Virus record (IMG/VR): IMGVR_UViG_3300020576_006967
Coordinates: 32,001-96,000 of that record
DNA: 64,000 nt
Direction: 5' to 3' (one strand)
Source of the DNA: a virus
Taxonomy: Duplodnaviria > Caudoviricetes
This document shows, piece after piece, positions 48,398 to 58,662 of this stretch. Position numbers and translations under genes: made by a program. Under the pieces are notes generated by a model. The model did no database searches. It saw only the letters and a list, made by a program, of their open reading frames with translations, and was not told the DNA's origin. The first letter of the stretch is position 1. The number at the start of each line of letters is the position of its first letter.

Positions 48398-48727
48398 ATG
48401 AGTAAACCTAGAACAATACAAGAAGAAGATTATCAGTTTTTGTCAAGGTTAGCAGTAAAAATGAAAACCCAAGACAATCAAAAAACCGCATTCCCATTAT
48501 TCTGTGTATACGACAAACAGGAGGATGACAGCCACAAACATATTCAATCTTTTTTTACAGAAGAAGGAATGAACGAGTTTTTAAAGGACTGGGGCGACGA
48601 TTTAAAAAAACCATTTACCTATATAAAATCTGCTCAATACAATTCGGAAATTAGGGAATTAATGAAATTTGTTGTATCTTTGGATGAACTAGTTTTACCA
48701 GAACATGATAACAAAGCTTATTTATAA
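48398..48727 (+). CDS. Phage hypothetical protein
   Basis: TQDN...TAFPLFCV. Confidence 0.55.
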   Translation: MSKPRTIQEEDYQFLSRLAVKMKTQDNQKTAFPLFCVYDKQEDDSHKHIQSFFTEEGMNEFLKDWGDDLKKPFTYIKSAQYNSEIRELMKFVVSLDELVLPEHDNKAYL

Positions 48728-48820
48728 ACTTGCAAACCTTCTGGGTTTATTTAAAAAAAAAGAGCAAATATTATTTTGCCAAGAAACAAAAATTAAAAAC
48801 AAACATAAAAAACAACAGCC

Positions 48821-49042
48821 ATGATAGTATCAATTCTTCCAATTATTTTTCCATTTGCATTTGCTTTGTTAATGGCATATTTATGGAAAATTTTAGTCAA
48901 CAAACCTTTTGACCACTGGGCGATATGTTTGCTTGTTGGCGTTTTAAGTTTTTTCTTTTTTGCGCCAGCAATTATTATTTTTGTTTTATATCTTGTTTTT
49001 AAATATGTTATATTCAACAAAGAAGATAAAGAAAAACAATAA
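48821..49042 (+). CDS. Small membrane protein
   Basis: Hydrophobic. Confidence 0.55.
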   Translation: MIVSILPIIFPFAFALLMAYLWKILVNKPFDHWAICLLVGVLSFFFFAPAIIIFVLYLVFKYVIFNKEDKEKQ

Positions 49043-49044
49043 AA

Positions 49045-49524
49045 ATGTTTTATAATTGGCCACTACCTGGGGCGGACAGGTTTTCTTCTTACGCTGGTTC
49101 TTTTGGGGCGGTGCGTAAACATGACATACACACTGGCATAGATATATACTGCGAGCCTAATCAAGTTTGTTGTTCTGTGGAAGCTGGAGAAGTGGTTAAA
49201 ATTGAAGTTTTTACTGGCCCAAATGCTGAACCACCAAGTCCTTGGTGGCATGAAACACACGCAATTTATGTTGAAGGTAAAACTGGCGTTATTGTGTATG
49301 GTGAGTTAAAGCCTATATCTTCTATGGTTGTTGGTAAAAAAATATCTGGCGGTCAAGTATTGGGACACATACAAACTGTGCTAAAAAAAGACAAAGGAAC
49401 TCCAATGACAATGCTTCATCTTGAACTGTATAAACCAGGTACCAGAGAAGCTGTTATTTGGAAATTAGATCAAGAAAAACCAGAAAGCCTTCTTGATCCA
49501 AGTGATATTTTTTTAAGAAGATAG
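49045..49524 (+). CDS. M23-family peptidase
   Basis: HTGID and LHLE motifs. Confidence 0.75.
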   Translation: MFYNWPLPGADRFSSYAGSFGAVRKHDIHTGIDIYCEPNQVCCSVEAGEVVKIEVFTGPNAEPPSPWWHETHAIYVEGKTGVIVYGELKPISSMVVGKKISGGQVLGHIQTVLKKDKGTPMTMLHLELYKPGTREAVIWKLDQEKPESLLDPSDIFLRR

Positions 49525-49550
49525 AACTTTTTTTAAAATTTTACGTATAA
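49525..49550 (+). promoter_or_regulatory. ECF-like promoter
   Basis: aactttttttaaaattttacgtataa. Confidence 0.7.
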
Positions 49551-49556
49551 TATAAT

Positions 49557-50468
49557 ATGAAAATACTTTTCCCAAGCAGTCCTCTTAGTTTTAAAGAGGT
49601 TGACGATAATTTTACTGGTGAACTACATGCTGCAAAACTTGTTGGCTTTGATTGGTTTTTATTTGATCACGATGAGTTTGTGAGAACTGGAAAATTGAAA
49701 ACAAATATTAAAGAAAAAAAAGAAAATAAAGAACAAATTATATTAAGAGGTTGGATGTTACAAGCTGAACAATATTATGAATTGTATTGCCAACTTGAGG
49801 AACAATATGGGTTGCTTTTGATTAATAACCCAGATCAATATTTAAATTGTCATTATTTTCCGAATGCTTATCAACATATAATGGAACACACTTCTAAAAG
49901 TTGGTGGTCTGGTGATTGGAATGGGCGTGAAGATTCAAACAAACCAGAAGATATTAGTTGGGGACCCGTAAGGAGCCTTTTAGATAATAGCGATCTTATT
50001 ATTAAGGATTATGTAAAATCAGCAAAGGGTGAACCTGAACTTTTTATTCTTGGTAAAGAATTAAACAATGAAGATTTTGGTAAAAGAGTTGGTAGGTTTA
50101 TTGAAGCTAGAGGAAAATTATTTAATAAAGGAATAGTTTTAAAAAAAGTTGAAAAACTGAAACTATATGAAAACCAGACAAATGAGTATAGGTTCTTTTT
50201 TATTAACAAAAAAATGTTTATGTTTGGATATAATTCAGAAGATGTTAGCATAAAAGCATCAATGCCAACATTTGACATGGTTTCAATTTTAATGAAGGTG
50301 GCAAAAAATATTGAAAGTGATTTCTTCACAATAGATATTGCAGAGAAAGAAGATGGAACTTGGATGATTTTAGAAACTGGCGATGGTCAAGTGTCTGGTT
50401 TGCCAAGCAAACAAGATGAAATAAAATTTTATAATACATTAAATAACACCTTAAGTGGTGTAGAATAA
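49557..50468 (+). CDS. ATP-grasp protein (R2K/DUF4343-like)
   Basis: RGWM, IKDYVKS, EYRFF, FFTIDIA, ETGDGQVSGL. Confidence 0.8.
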   Translation: MKILFPSSPLSFKEVDDNFTGELHAAKLVGFDWFLFDHDEFVRTGKLKTNIKEKKENKEQIILRGWMLQAEQYYELYCQLEEQYGLLLINNPDQYLNCHYFPNAYQHIMEHTSKSWWSGDWNGREDSNKPEDISWGPVRSLLDNSDLIIKDYVKSAKGEPELFILGKELNNEDFGKRVGRFIEARGKLFNKGIVLKKVEKLKLYENQTNEYRFFFINKKMFMFGYNSEDVSIKASMPTFDMVSILMKVAKNIESDFFTIDIAEKEDGTWMILETGDGQVSGLPSKQDEIKFYNTLNNTLSGVE

Positions 50469-50960
50469 ATGGGAACAAGACAAACAGTTAAGATAGGTCC
50501 ATATTTGGAAGTTACTGGAAAAGTAAAAATAGAAGAAGAATTGCGAGTTTTGACATGCAGCAATAGTGAATGTGTTAAGCATAAAAAAAATGAAGCAATT
50601 AAGACTAATTGCTGTCCTGAATGTGGAACCAAAACAAGTATTAAGCAATATATCAATATTGAGGAGTGCGATGTAAATAAATATGTTTGTAACTATGATG
50701 AATCAAATATATTTGAGGATAATCTTATATCTTATAATTATTTAGATGGGTCGATTTTATTGCCAAATGAAGCATGGACAGAAAAAAATATGGGATTTGA
50801 TTCATATGAAAGTGGGGTCATAGATTTAAATGACGTAGATTCAAAGACTGGCATTGAATGGTTTGAAAAAAAATATGACAAACAAATAGAAATTTTGAAA
50901 AAAATTTTTGGAGAAGAGGTTGTCAAGGTAAAATTTGGATTAATAAGTTACTGCAATTAA
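50469..50960 (+). CDS. Zinc-ribbon hypothetical protein
   Basis: CSNSEC...CPECG. Confidence 0.55.
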   Translation: MGTRQTVKIGPYLEVTGKVKIEEELRVLTCSNSECVKHKKNEAIKTNCCPECGTKTSIKQYINIEECDVNKYVCNYDESNIFEDNLISYNYLDGSILLPNEAWTEKNMGFDSYESGVIDLNDVDSKTGIEWFEKKYDKQIEILKKIFGEEVVKVKFGLISYCN

Positions 50961-50987
50961 TTAAAAAATAGATATACAAATAACAAT

Positions 50988-52928
50988 ATGACAGTACAAT
51001 TAAAGCATTCATTTGGAATAATAGAATTTACGAGAGCGGGAAATGCGTATTTAATTTCAGAAAGTAAAAAAATAAATAAAGACGTTTTCATCCCAAGAGG
51101 AAGAACTGGAGAGGCCTTTAATGGAGATACGGTATTCGTTGCATTTAAACCTGGTAGAATTCCAGGTGAAACAATTGGCCATGTTATAGGTGTAAAATCT
51201 AGGTTTAGAAATGACTATCTAGGTACTTGTGAAATAAATGATGAAACGGGCGAGTTTGTAGTTAAAGCTACTTCTAAAAAATTTCCAATAGAATTTACAA
51301 TTCCAAAGCTTTACATAGGTCTAGCTAAGGTTGGAGACAAAGTTTCTGTTAAATTAAGTAAGTGGGATAAAAAATTAAACAAGCCTATCGGTCTTATCAA
51401 AGAAGTGTTGGGTAAAGCTGGTTTACACTCTACTGAAATGAAGGCGATTTTACTTGAAAACAATATTGAATCTAAATTTCCAGATTCAGTAATGAAAGAA
51501 GCGGAAGAAATTAACTTTGAAATTGATGCTGAAGAAATTGCTAAAAGAGAGGATTTTAGAGAGGTTGTTTGTTTAACAATTGATCCAAAGGATGCTAAAG
51601 ATTTTGATGATGCTTTATCTTTTAAAAAAATTGACAACAACATTTATGAAGTTGGAGTCCATATTGCAGACGTTTCTCATTATATGAAACCAGAAAGCGA
51701 GTTGGATGTAGAAGCTTACAGAAGATCAACATCCACATATTTAGTCGATAGATGCATTCCAATGCTTCCAGAGAGGCTTTCAAATGGAGTGTGCTCTCTT
51801 AGACCAAATGAAGAAAAATTGTGTTTCTCAGCTATTTTTATGTTGTCTTACACTGATCCAAGTGTAAACGGGCCAGCAAGAGCAAAAATTATAAATTCTA
51901 GATTTGCTAGAACTGTAATTAAGTCTGGAAAAAGATATTCATATGAAGATGCTCAGGAATTAATTGAAAACACAACACAAGCAGTCGATAATTATGATTG
52001 GGCAGTTCTTACATTAAATTTATTAGCAAAAGCATTAAGGACTGAAAGGTTTGAGCATGGCGCTGTGTCTTTTGAAAAACGTGAAGTGAAATTCAAGCTT
52101 GACGAAGATGGGTCGCCAATTGGTGTGTATTTTAAAGAATCAAAAGATTCAAATAAATTGATTGAAGAGTTTATGCTATTGGCTAATCAATCTGTAGCTA
52201 AATATATTGGGGAAAAAGATTTACCTTGTATATATAGAACCCATGCATTGCCATCTATGGAGCGTTTACAGGAGTTATCTATATTTGTTGAACAGTTTGG
52301 TTACACATTCAAAGTAAGCGAAGACGACGAGGCAAATAAAGAAGCTTTAAATAAATTACTTTTGGAAGTAAAAGGTTCAAATCATGCCAACATTATAGAA
52401 ACTGTAGCTGTTAGATCTATGTCAAAAGCTATTTACACAACAGCTGCACTTGGTCACTATGGTCTTGGATTTAAATATTATGGACATTTCACAAGTCCAA
52501 TTCGTAGATATCCAGATGTTATTTTACACAGATTGCTTGAAAGTTTGATGGCCACTGGAAACGTAGTTGCACCAAGGTTGCAAATTCAGTGTGATCATTG
52601 TTCTGAATTAGAAGGAAAAGCTGTAAAAGCAGAAAGAGATTCAATTAAGTTTAAACAAACAGAGTTTATGCAAAACAAAATTGGGCAAACATACGAAGGC
52701 GTTGTTTCTGGTGTTTCTAATTGGGGTTTACATGTAGAAATAAAAGAAAATGGGTGCGAAGGCATGATTGGAACTGGAGAAATGGGCGCTTTGGGTTATG
52801 TGCTTGATGAAAAAAATTATAAATTTATTAAAGAAAACAATGTAAAAATTTCTCTTGGAGACAAGGTGAATGTGAAAGTTTTCGGTGTAAATTTAACGAA
52901 GAGACAAATTGATCTTAATTTAATTTAA
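50988..52928 (+). CDS. rnr: Ribonuclease R
   Basis: TIDPKDAKDFDDA, HIADVS, IEEFMLLAN, HFTSPIRRYPD, S1 domain. Confidence 0.93.
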   Translation: MTVQLKHSFGIIEFTRAGNAYLISESKKINKDVFIPRGRTGEAFNGDTVFVAFKPGRIPGETIGHVIGVKSRFRNDYLGTCEINDETGEFVVKATSKKFPIEFTIPKLYIGLAKVGDKVSVKLSKWDKKLNKPIGLIKEVLGKAGLHSTEMKAILLENNIESKFPDSVMKEAEEINFEIDAEEIAKREDFREVVCLTIDPKDAKDFDDALSFKKIDNNIYEVGVHIADVSHYMKPESELDVEAYRRSTSTYLVDRCIPMLPERLSNGVCSLRPNEEKLCFSAIFMLSYTDPSVNGPARAKIINSRFARTVIKSGKRYSYEDAQELIENTTQAVDNYDWAVLTLNLLAKALRTERFEHGAVSFEKREVKFKLDEDGSPIGVYFKESKDSNKLIEEFMLLANQSVAKYIGEKDLPCIYRTHALPSMERLQELSIFVEQFGYTFKVSEDDEANKEALNKLLLEVKGSNHANIIETVAVRSMSKAIYTTAALGHYGLGFKYYGHFTSPIRRYPDVILHRLLESLMATGNVVAPRLQIQCDHCSELEGKAVKAERDSIKFKQTEFMQNKIGQTYEGVVSGVSNWGLHVEIKENGCEGMIGTGEMGALGYVLDEKNYKFIKENNVKISLGDKVNVKVFGVNLTKRQIDLNLI

Positions 52929-52929
52929 A

Positions 52930-53442
52930 TTGTCGAACAGTTCTGAAATAAAAAACAATTCTCAAAAAAGAGGATTAAACTACTGGTTAAAAATGACTTT
53001 TAAAAGTCGTATGGCCAGGTTGCACATTCGTCTTAAAGCCAGGAGAAGACTAGCGTTTTATATAAAAATGCCAGAAATAAACAACATGCAAAAAAGAACA
53101 ATTGAGTTGTTTATGACTTTGTTGAAAAGTAAAGAGACAAGTTTAAATTTTTCTCCAGAATCTAAAATACGCTTTATAGAATCAAACACAATTTGGGTTA
53201 CTATGAGTAGTGTTTCTGATAGTCAGTGTGTAATTAATATTATTGATGAAGGCACTCAAGACGAGGCGCATTCTCATGAGGTTACAATACCAAGAGAATA
53301 TGCTTTTAATATGATGGATGAATTTGATCTTGAGCTTGAAAAAAGATTTAGAGGCATTGAGGCCGCTAAAAAAAGAATTGTCGTAGATGATCTTGATAAG
53401 CTTATAAAACAAGTAAAGTCAGAACAAAACAATGGAAGATAG
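52930..53442 (+). CDS. Hypothetical protein
   Basis: ORF track. Confidence 0.55.
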   Translation: MSNSSEIKNNSQKRGLNYWLKMTFKSRMARLHIRLKARRRLAFYIKMPEINNMQKRTIELFMTLLKSKETSLNFSPESKIRFIESNTIWVTMSSVSDSQCVINIIDEGTQDEAHSHEVTIPREYAFNMMDEFDLELEKRFRGIEAAKKRIVVDDLDKLIKQVKSEQNNGR

Positions 53443-53818
53443 GCCACCACTAGATAAATCAAATAAAATTTATACTTTAACCCCAAGGTTTATTACAAAT
53501 TTTATTGCTTATTATAGAAAAATAAGACTCAAAAGATATAAGCACAAAAAAATCAAAGAAGCAAAAACCACATTTGATAGAAATTATTTTATTAAATTTA
53601 AATTGAAGCTTAATGACTCGTTAAATCCGCAAATAAGTGATTTTGAATATGAAACTGTTATTCCAGCAAAAGCAATATATTTTGCGAAGCTTTTTCTAGA
53701 GCGTGACATTAAAAATAAAATTTCAATTGATGTTACAAGCTGGGAAGAAATGAGTGAGGAAGAACATGAAGAATTTCAAAACTCAATTAAAGAACACATT
53801 GAATCCAAAGGCAATTAA
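53432..53818 (+). CDS. Hypothetical protein
   Basis: ORF track. Confidence 0.55.
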   Translation: MEDRPPLDKSNKIYTLTPRFITNFIAYYRKIRLKRYKHKKIKEAKTTFDRNYFIKFKLKLNDSLNPQISDFEYETVIPAKAIYFAKLFLERDIKNKISIDVTSWEEMSEEEHEEFQNSIKEHIESKGN

Positions 53819-56067
53819 TTAAGTGGGTTTACAAAAGATTCATCAAGCAGCATTTCTTTTAATGATGTTTGTCTTTCTTCGTAATGAAAATTGTTTACAG
53901 CTGTCTCTAGGGCTTTTCTCTGGCCAACAAATACTGCAAATTTTTTAGCTCTAGTAAGGCCTGTGTAAATTAAATTTCTAAACAACATTCTGTAGTATTG
54001 ATTCATAACTGGCAATATAACACAATCAAATTCAGAACCCTGAGCTTTGTGTATTGATATTGAATACGCTAAATCTAAATCTAGAATATCGCTTCTTTTA
54101 TATTCTACTTCACGATCAGAAAACTTTACTGTAAGTTCATTTGTGCTTGCGTAAACATCAATTATTTTTCCGATGTCTCCATTGTATACCTCTAAATCGT
54201 AATTGTTTTTAGTGTGTATAACTTTATCTCCCTCTCTTAAAATTCTATCTTTAAGTTTTATTTCACCCTTATCACTTGATGGTGGATTTACAATTGATTG
54301 AATTTTTGCATTCATTTTTGCGTTTCCGAGATCTCCAACATTCATTGGGATAAGTATTTGTATTTCCTTTTCTTTGCCTAAATATTTTGGAAGACTCTCC
54401 ATGTAAAGTTTAACAGTCATGTCTATTACATCCAAACCGTATCTTAAAGAAGACCAGGCTGGGAATTTGGTTTTATCATAACCAGATTCGGCTAGACCAG
54501 AATCTACAAAAACACAATCAGTTCCATTTGTCCAAAGTTCAGGGTTTAACAAGGGGGTTTCTATGTTTGGTATTGATCCAGTGTTTATATCGTGTGCATA
54601 TTTTATAATTAAAGATTCCTTTCCTTGTCTAAAAATTTTATTAATTTTAAATATAGGAACAACACCGCTGTTAATTAAATCTTTGAAAAAATTACCTGGC
54701 CCAACTGGCTCTAATTGATCAGAGTCGCCGATAAAAATTATTTGAGCGTCATATGGTGTTGCTCTTAATAAAGCCGCAGCTAGATTAATGTCTTTCATAG
54801 AAGATTCATCAATAATTATGACATCTGCATTTATTGTATTGTTTTCATTTTTTAAAAAACCTCCATTTATGTGATCCCATGAAAGAAGTCTGTGTATCGT
54901 GGTGGCTTCCATTCCTATAACTTCAGTCATTCTTTTTGCAGCTCTACCAGTTGGCGCTGCCAAAACAATGTCTTTGCCAAGATCTAACAAAATGTCCACA
55001 ACTTTTTTAGTTATTGTGCTTTTTCCAGTTCCAGGACCGCCAGTTAAAATAGAAATACCGCACCCTAAAACGCCTTTTACTGCAGAAGTCTGTTCGTCAC
55101 TTAATTGTATTTTATCATTGTTACTGTTTAATAAATCTTCGTGGACATGCACTTTGCTATTGTTTTGCATTAAGGCGTGCACTTTTTCGCAACAATAAGT
55201 TTCATTGAAATAAACTTTTCTTTCGTAATACCTTTTTTCCCCTCTTTTTACGGTAAGCGTTTTTATCTCTTGCTTTTGTTCCATTGCATCTAGCAACAAT
55301 TCAAAATTAGGTTTTTCAGCAATGTTTAAAAGTTCTAAAGACTTTGATGAGATTTGTGATAGTAATAAATAACAGTGACCTTCATTCGTGGCTTGTTCTA
55401 GAACAAAGTTGATTGATGCCTTTATTCTTTGTGGACTATCTTCTTTAAAGCCTGCTTTAAGAGCTATTTTATCAGCTGTCATGAAACCTATTCCAGAAAT
55501 ATCACTTGTTAGTTTGTAGGGATTATTTAAAATTTGAGCTACGCAATTTTTACCATAAAATTCATATATTTTTGTTGCATACAGACTTGTTATGCCATGT
55601 TGTTGAAGAAAGATCATAATGCCATTCATTTCATTGTTTTTCTCCCAGGTTTCCTTTATAGCTTTTAGTTTTGCTTTTGAAATTCCTGGTACTTTTAACA
55701 TTTCATCTGGGTTTTCATTTAGTGTTTTTATAACATCTTCACCAAAGTGTTCTACAATTCTGTTGGCGATAACTGGGCCAATACCAGAAAAAAAGCTAGA
55801 CTGTAAATACGATCTTAATCCTTCTTTGCTAGAAGGCTGTTTTTCAATTGCAAAAGTCGCCTTAAATTGTTTGCCAAATTTTGGATGAGCAGTCCACTCA
55901 CCCTGGAATTCGTATGTGCAGCCTTCGTGTATGTTTGGTTGAGTAATTGTGATCTTTGTATCTTTCTTCATTTCAAGCGTTTCCACACTTAAAACATAAT
56001 AATTATTTTCTTCGTTTAAATAGAGTATTTTCTCAATTACGCCCGTAACTTTTTCTTCTTTTTGCAT
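53815..56067 (-). CDS. recD2: RecD2-like SF1B helicase
   Basis: HhH N-terminus, GGPGTGKS, APTGRAA, IDESSM, HKAQGSE, YTGLTRA. Confidence 0.92.
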   Translation of the reverse strand: MQKEEKVTGVIEKILYLNEENNYYVLSVETLEMKKDTKITITQPNIHEGCTYEFQGEWTAHPKFGKQFKATFAIEKQPSSKEGLRSYLQSSFFSGIGPVIANRIVEHFGEDVIKTLNENPDEMLKVPGISKAKLKAIKETWEKNNEMNGIMIFLQQHGITSLYATKIYEFYGKNCVAQILNNPYKLTSDISGIGFMTADKIALKAGFKEDSPQRIKASINFVLEQATNEGHCYLLLSQISSKSLELLNIAEKPNFELLLDAMEQKQEIKTLTVKRGEKRYYERKVYFNETYCCEKVHALMQNNSKVHVHEDLLNSNNDKIQLSDEQTSAVKGVLGCGISILTGGPGTGKSTITKKVVDILLDLGKDIVLAAPTGRAAKRMTEVIGMEATTIHRLLSWDHINGGFLKNENNTINADVIIIDESSMKDINLAAALLRATPYDAQIIFIGDSDQLEPVGPGNFFKDLINSGVVPIFKINKIFRQGKESLIIKYAHDINTGSIPNIETPLLNPELWTNGTDCVFVDSGLAESGYDKTKFPAWSSLRYGLDVIDMTVKLYMESLPKYLGKEKEIQILIPMNVGDLGNAKMNAKIQSIVNPPSSDKGEIKLKDRILREGDKVIHTKNNYDLEVYNGDIGKIIDVYASTNELTVKFSDREVEYKRSDILDLDLAYSISIHKAQGSEFDCVILPVMNQYYRMLFRNLIYTGLTRAKKFAVFVGQRKALETAVNNFHYEERQTSLKEMLLDESFVNPLN

Positions 56068-56156
56068 AGTCCAAATGTAGTTAATTTGTCTGGGATTTAC
56101 AATAAAATTTGGTAATTATTAATTTAATGTTTAAATTCGTGATATAAAAAAATACA

Positions 56157-56375
56157 ATGACTTCAAAAAAAATAATCAAAATCCTTAAAGATAAATTTCC
56201 AAAAAAAGAAATTATAGGTATTCGTGGTTTAACAAAGGTGGGAGAGCACGACTTCAGCTTTAGATATGTATTTAGAAGCGGCGATCATTTATCAATTAGT
56301 GATTTGATGACATTGACAGAGCAAAAAGAAAAAACAAAAAAAGATAGTAAAAAACAAAAAAGCACGGTTAAATAA
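56157..56375 (+). CDS. Hypothetical protein
   Basis: ORF track. Confidence 0.5.
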   Translation: MTSKKIIKILKDKFPKKEIIGIRGLTKVGEHDFSFRYVFRSGDHLSISDLMTLTEQKEKTKKDSKKQKSTVK

Positions 56376-58142
56376 ATGAGCAAATTTCTGGAAGACTGGT
56401 GCTTGCCATTATATTTTTATGATGGAAAGGATGACCCTAAAATAAAAGAAGACCTAGACAGGTTTAAAGATAAGTGTGAAAATTATATTAAAAAATATGA
56501 AGGCAACATTGCTAAATTATCTGATGAGGAATTTTTAATTTTTTTAGAAGATTCTGATAATCTACAAATTGAAGAAACTAAAATAAGTTTTTATTTTGAA
56601 CTTTTGATCTCTTTAAACAATCACGACGAAAGCACTCAGAAAGAAATTACAAAATATGGAAAAATATTCTCAGAATACTTTTCAAAGCTTTTTTTTGTTG
56701 ATGAAGAATATAAAAAAATAGGTTACAGCAACCTTATTTTAAAATCTGAAACAAAACTATTTGAACCTTTTAAAAATTATCTAATTTCTCTTGCAAAAGA
56801 CTTAAAACACGTATTAAGCCCAGAAGAGGAGAAGATTTATATTAAATTAGACAATGCTTCAAGTACAAATATGTACGAAGAACTTACAACATCTTTTGAG
56901 TTTACGTTTAATGATAAAATAATTGGCGAATCTGAAATTTTTGATTTAAGACAACATAAAAATAGGACTATAAGAAAAAAAGCTTATGAAAGCATAGCAA
57001 GGGTTTATGGAAACAAAAATAATCAAATTGTTCTTGGAAATTTATATAGCATTGTTTGCAAGCAAGACATAGTAGATTTAGAAATTAGAAAATATAATTC
57101 AGTAATGACCTCAAGAAATATTTCTGAAGAGGTTGAAGATGTTACTGTAGATATATTAATTGATACAGTTGAAAAAAATTATCCTTTATATCATAAGTTT
57201 TTGAAAAAAAAGAAAGCTGTGATAGGGTTAGAAAAAATGTTTGTTTATGACGTACCTGCTTCAATTCCAAAAGAAAAAAACTCACAACATAAATTAGCCT
57301 TTAGAGATGGGTGGAAAATATACAAAGATACAATTCAAAAGGTCGATCCTGAGTTGGCTAAATTTTCAGAGGAAATGCTTCTTGGCGGTAGAATGTCAAT
57401 GTTCCCAAAGCCAGGAAAGTCAAGAGGGGCATTTGCTCAATATTCGAAGCACACACAACAGTTTGTATTATTAAATTGGACTGATTCTGTGAGTGATATA
57501 TTTACAATGGCGCATGAACTAGGTCATGCTTTTCATGGACATTTATCTAAGGGGCAGAAAAATCTTGTTTATGATACGCCTTTAATTTTGGCAGAAACAG
57601 CGTCAATTTTTAATGAGACTTTAATGTTTGAAACAATGTTAAAGGAAATTGTTGACAAAGATGAACGTAGGAGAATAATTTGTGATCGTTTAAATGATTT
57701 GTTTTTAACCATATTTAAGCAGGTTGCATATACAATATTTGAAAAAAGGTGCCATGAGTGCTTTTTAAAAAACCAACCATTGACTTACTCCGACTACAAC
57801 AAAATGTGGATGGAAGAAATGGTAAAGCTTTACGGCAAAGACGTGGATGTTAACCCAGAAATAACACAACATGGCTGGTCTTCTATATCTCACATTTATG
57901 ATACACCATTTTATTGCTATACATATGCGTTTGGCAACATAATAAGTTTGAATCTATATCAAAACTACAAAAATTCAAAAGATAAAAATGATTTTATAAA
58001 AAAATACCACAAACTACTTTCTTCAGGTGGTTCAGATACTCCAGAGAATCTTTTGTATAAAATTTTTAAAATAAAATTTGATGAAAAATTTTATCAAATA
58101 GCATTTGACAACATTAAGGACTTAATTAAAAAAATAAAATAA
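56376..58142 (+). CDS. M3 oligoendopeptidase F family
   Basis: KSRGAF, HELGH, AETAS, PFYCYTY. Confidence 0.88.
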   Translation: MSKFLEDWCLPLYFYDGKDDPKIKEDLDRFKDKCENYIKKYEGNIAKLSDEEFLIFLEDSDNLQIEETKISFYFELLISLNNHDESTQKEITKYGKIFSEYFSKLFFVDEEYKKIGYSNLILKSETKLFEPFKNYLISLAKDLKHVLSPEEEKIYIKLDNASSTNMYEELTTSFEFTFNDKIIGESEIFDLRQHKNRTIRKKAYESIARVYGNKNNQIVLGNLYSIVCKQDIVDLEIRKYNSVMTSRNISEEVEDVTVDILIDTVEKNYPLYHKFLKKKKAVIGLEKMFVYDVPASIPKEKNSQHKLAFRDGWKIYKDTIQKVDPELAKFSEEMLLGGRMSMFPKPGKSRGAFAQYSKHTQQFVLLNWTDSVSDIFTMAHELGHAFHGHLSKGQKNLVYDTPLILAETASIFNETLMFETMLKEIVDKDERRRIICDRLNDLFLTIFKQVAYTIFEKRCHECFLKNQPLTYSDYNKMWMEEMVKLYGKDVDVNPEITQHGWSSISHIYDTPFYCYTYAFGNIISLNLYQNYKNSKDKNDFIKKYHKLLSSGGSDTPENLLYKIFKIKFDEKFYQIAFDNIKDLIKKIK

Positions 58143-58143
58143 C

Positions 58144-58638
58144 ATGAAAAAAGAAACAATACAAAAATTTTTAGATGCTGGCAAATTAAAAGAATTAGAA
58201 TTCTGTAAATTATTTTCAGATGATGATGTGGTTTTAGCAACACCAGAACAAGACATGAAAGAACATTGGGATGTAATGATTCGTGGAACAAAGTACGATG
58301 TGAAAGGAATAAAGAAAGTAAATAGAAACGATAACGAAGGAAACGAAGATATTCATTGGCTGGAAATTAAAAATGTGAACAAACAAACTGGGTGGGCATA
58401 TGGCGGTGCAGATAGATTTGCTTTTGAAGTTAAAGATTATTGGATATTGGTTGAAAAATCAGATTTACAAGGTTTTATTTCTGAAAATGTAAATAAAAAA
58501 GTAATTGTTAGTAAGCCAGAACTTTATCATTTATACAGAAGAAACGGAAGACAAGACCTTATAGTCCTTGTAAAAACAATGGATTTGTGTTATTTGTCGA
58601 CGGAAATTATAAAAAAACCCAGACAACTTGCACAATAA
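58144..58638 (+). CDS. Putative PD-(D/E)XK nuclease-like phage protein
   Basis: EHWD...YDVKG, WLEIKN...GW. Confidence 0.5.
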   Translation: MKKETIQKFLDAGKLKELEFCKLFSDDDVVLATPEQDMKEHWDVMIRGTKYDVKGIKKVNRNDNEGNEDIHWLEIKNVNKQTGWAYGGADRFAFEVKDYWILVEKSDLQGFISENVNKKVIVSKPELYHLYRRNGRQDLIVLVKTMDLCYLSTEIIKKPRQLAQ

Positions 58639-58662
58639 AAAATAAATCATTAAATTTATAAC

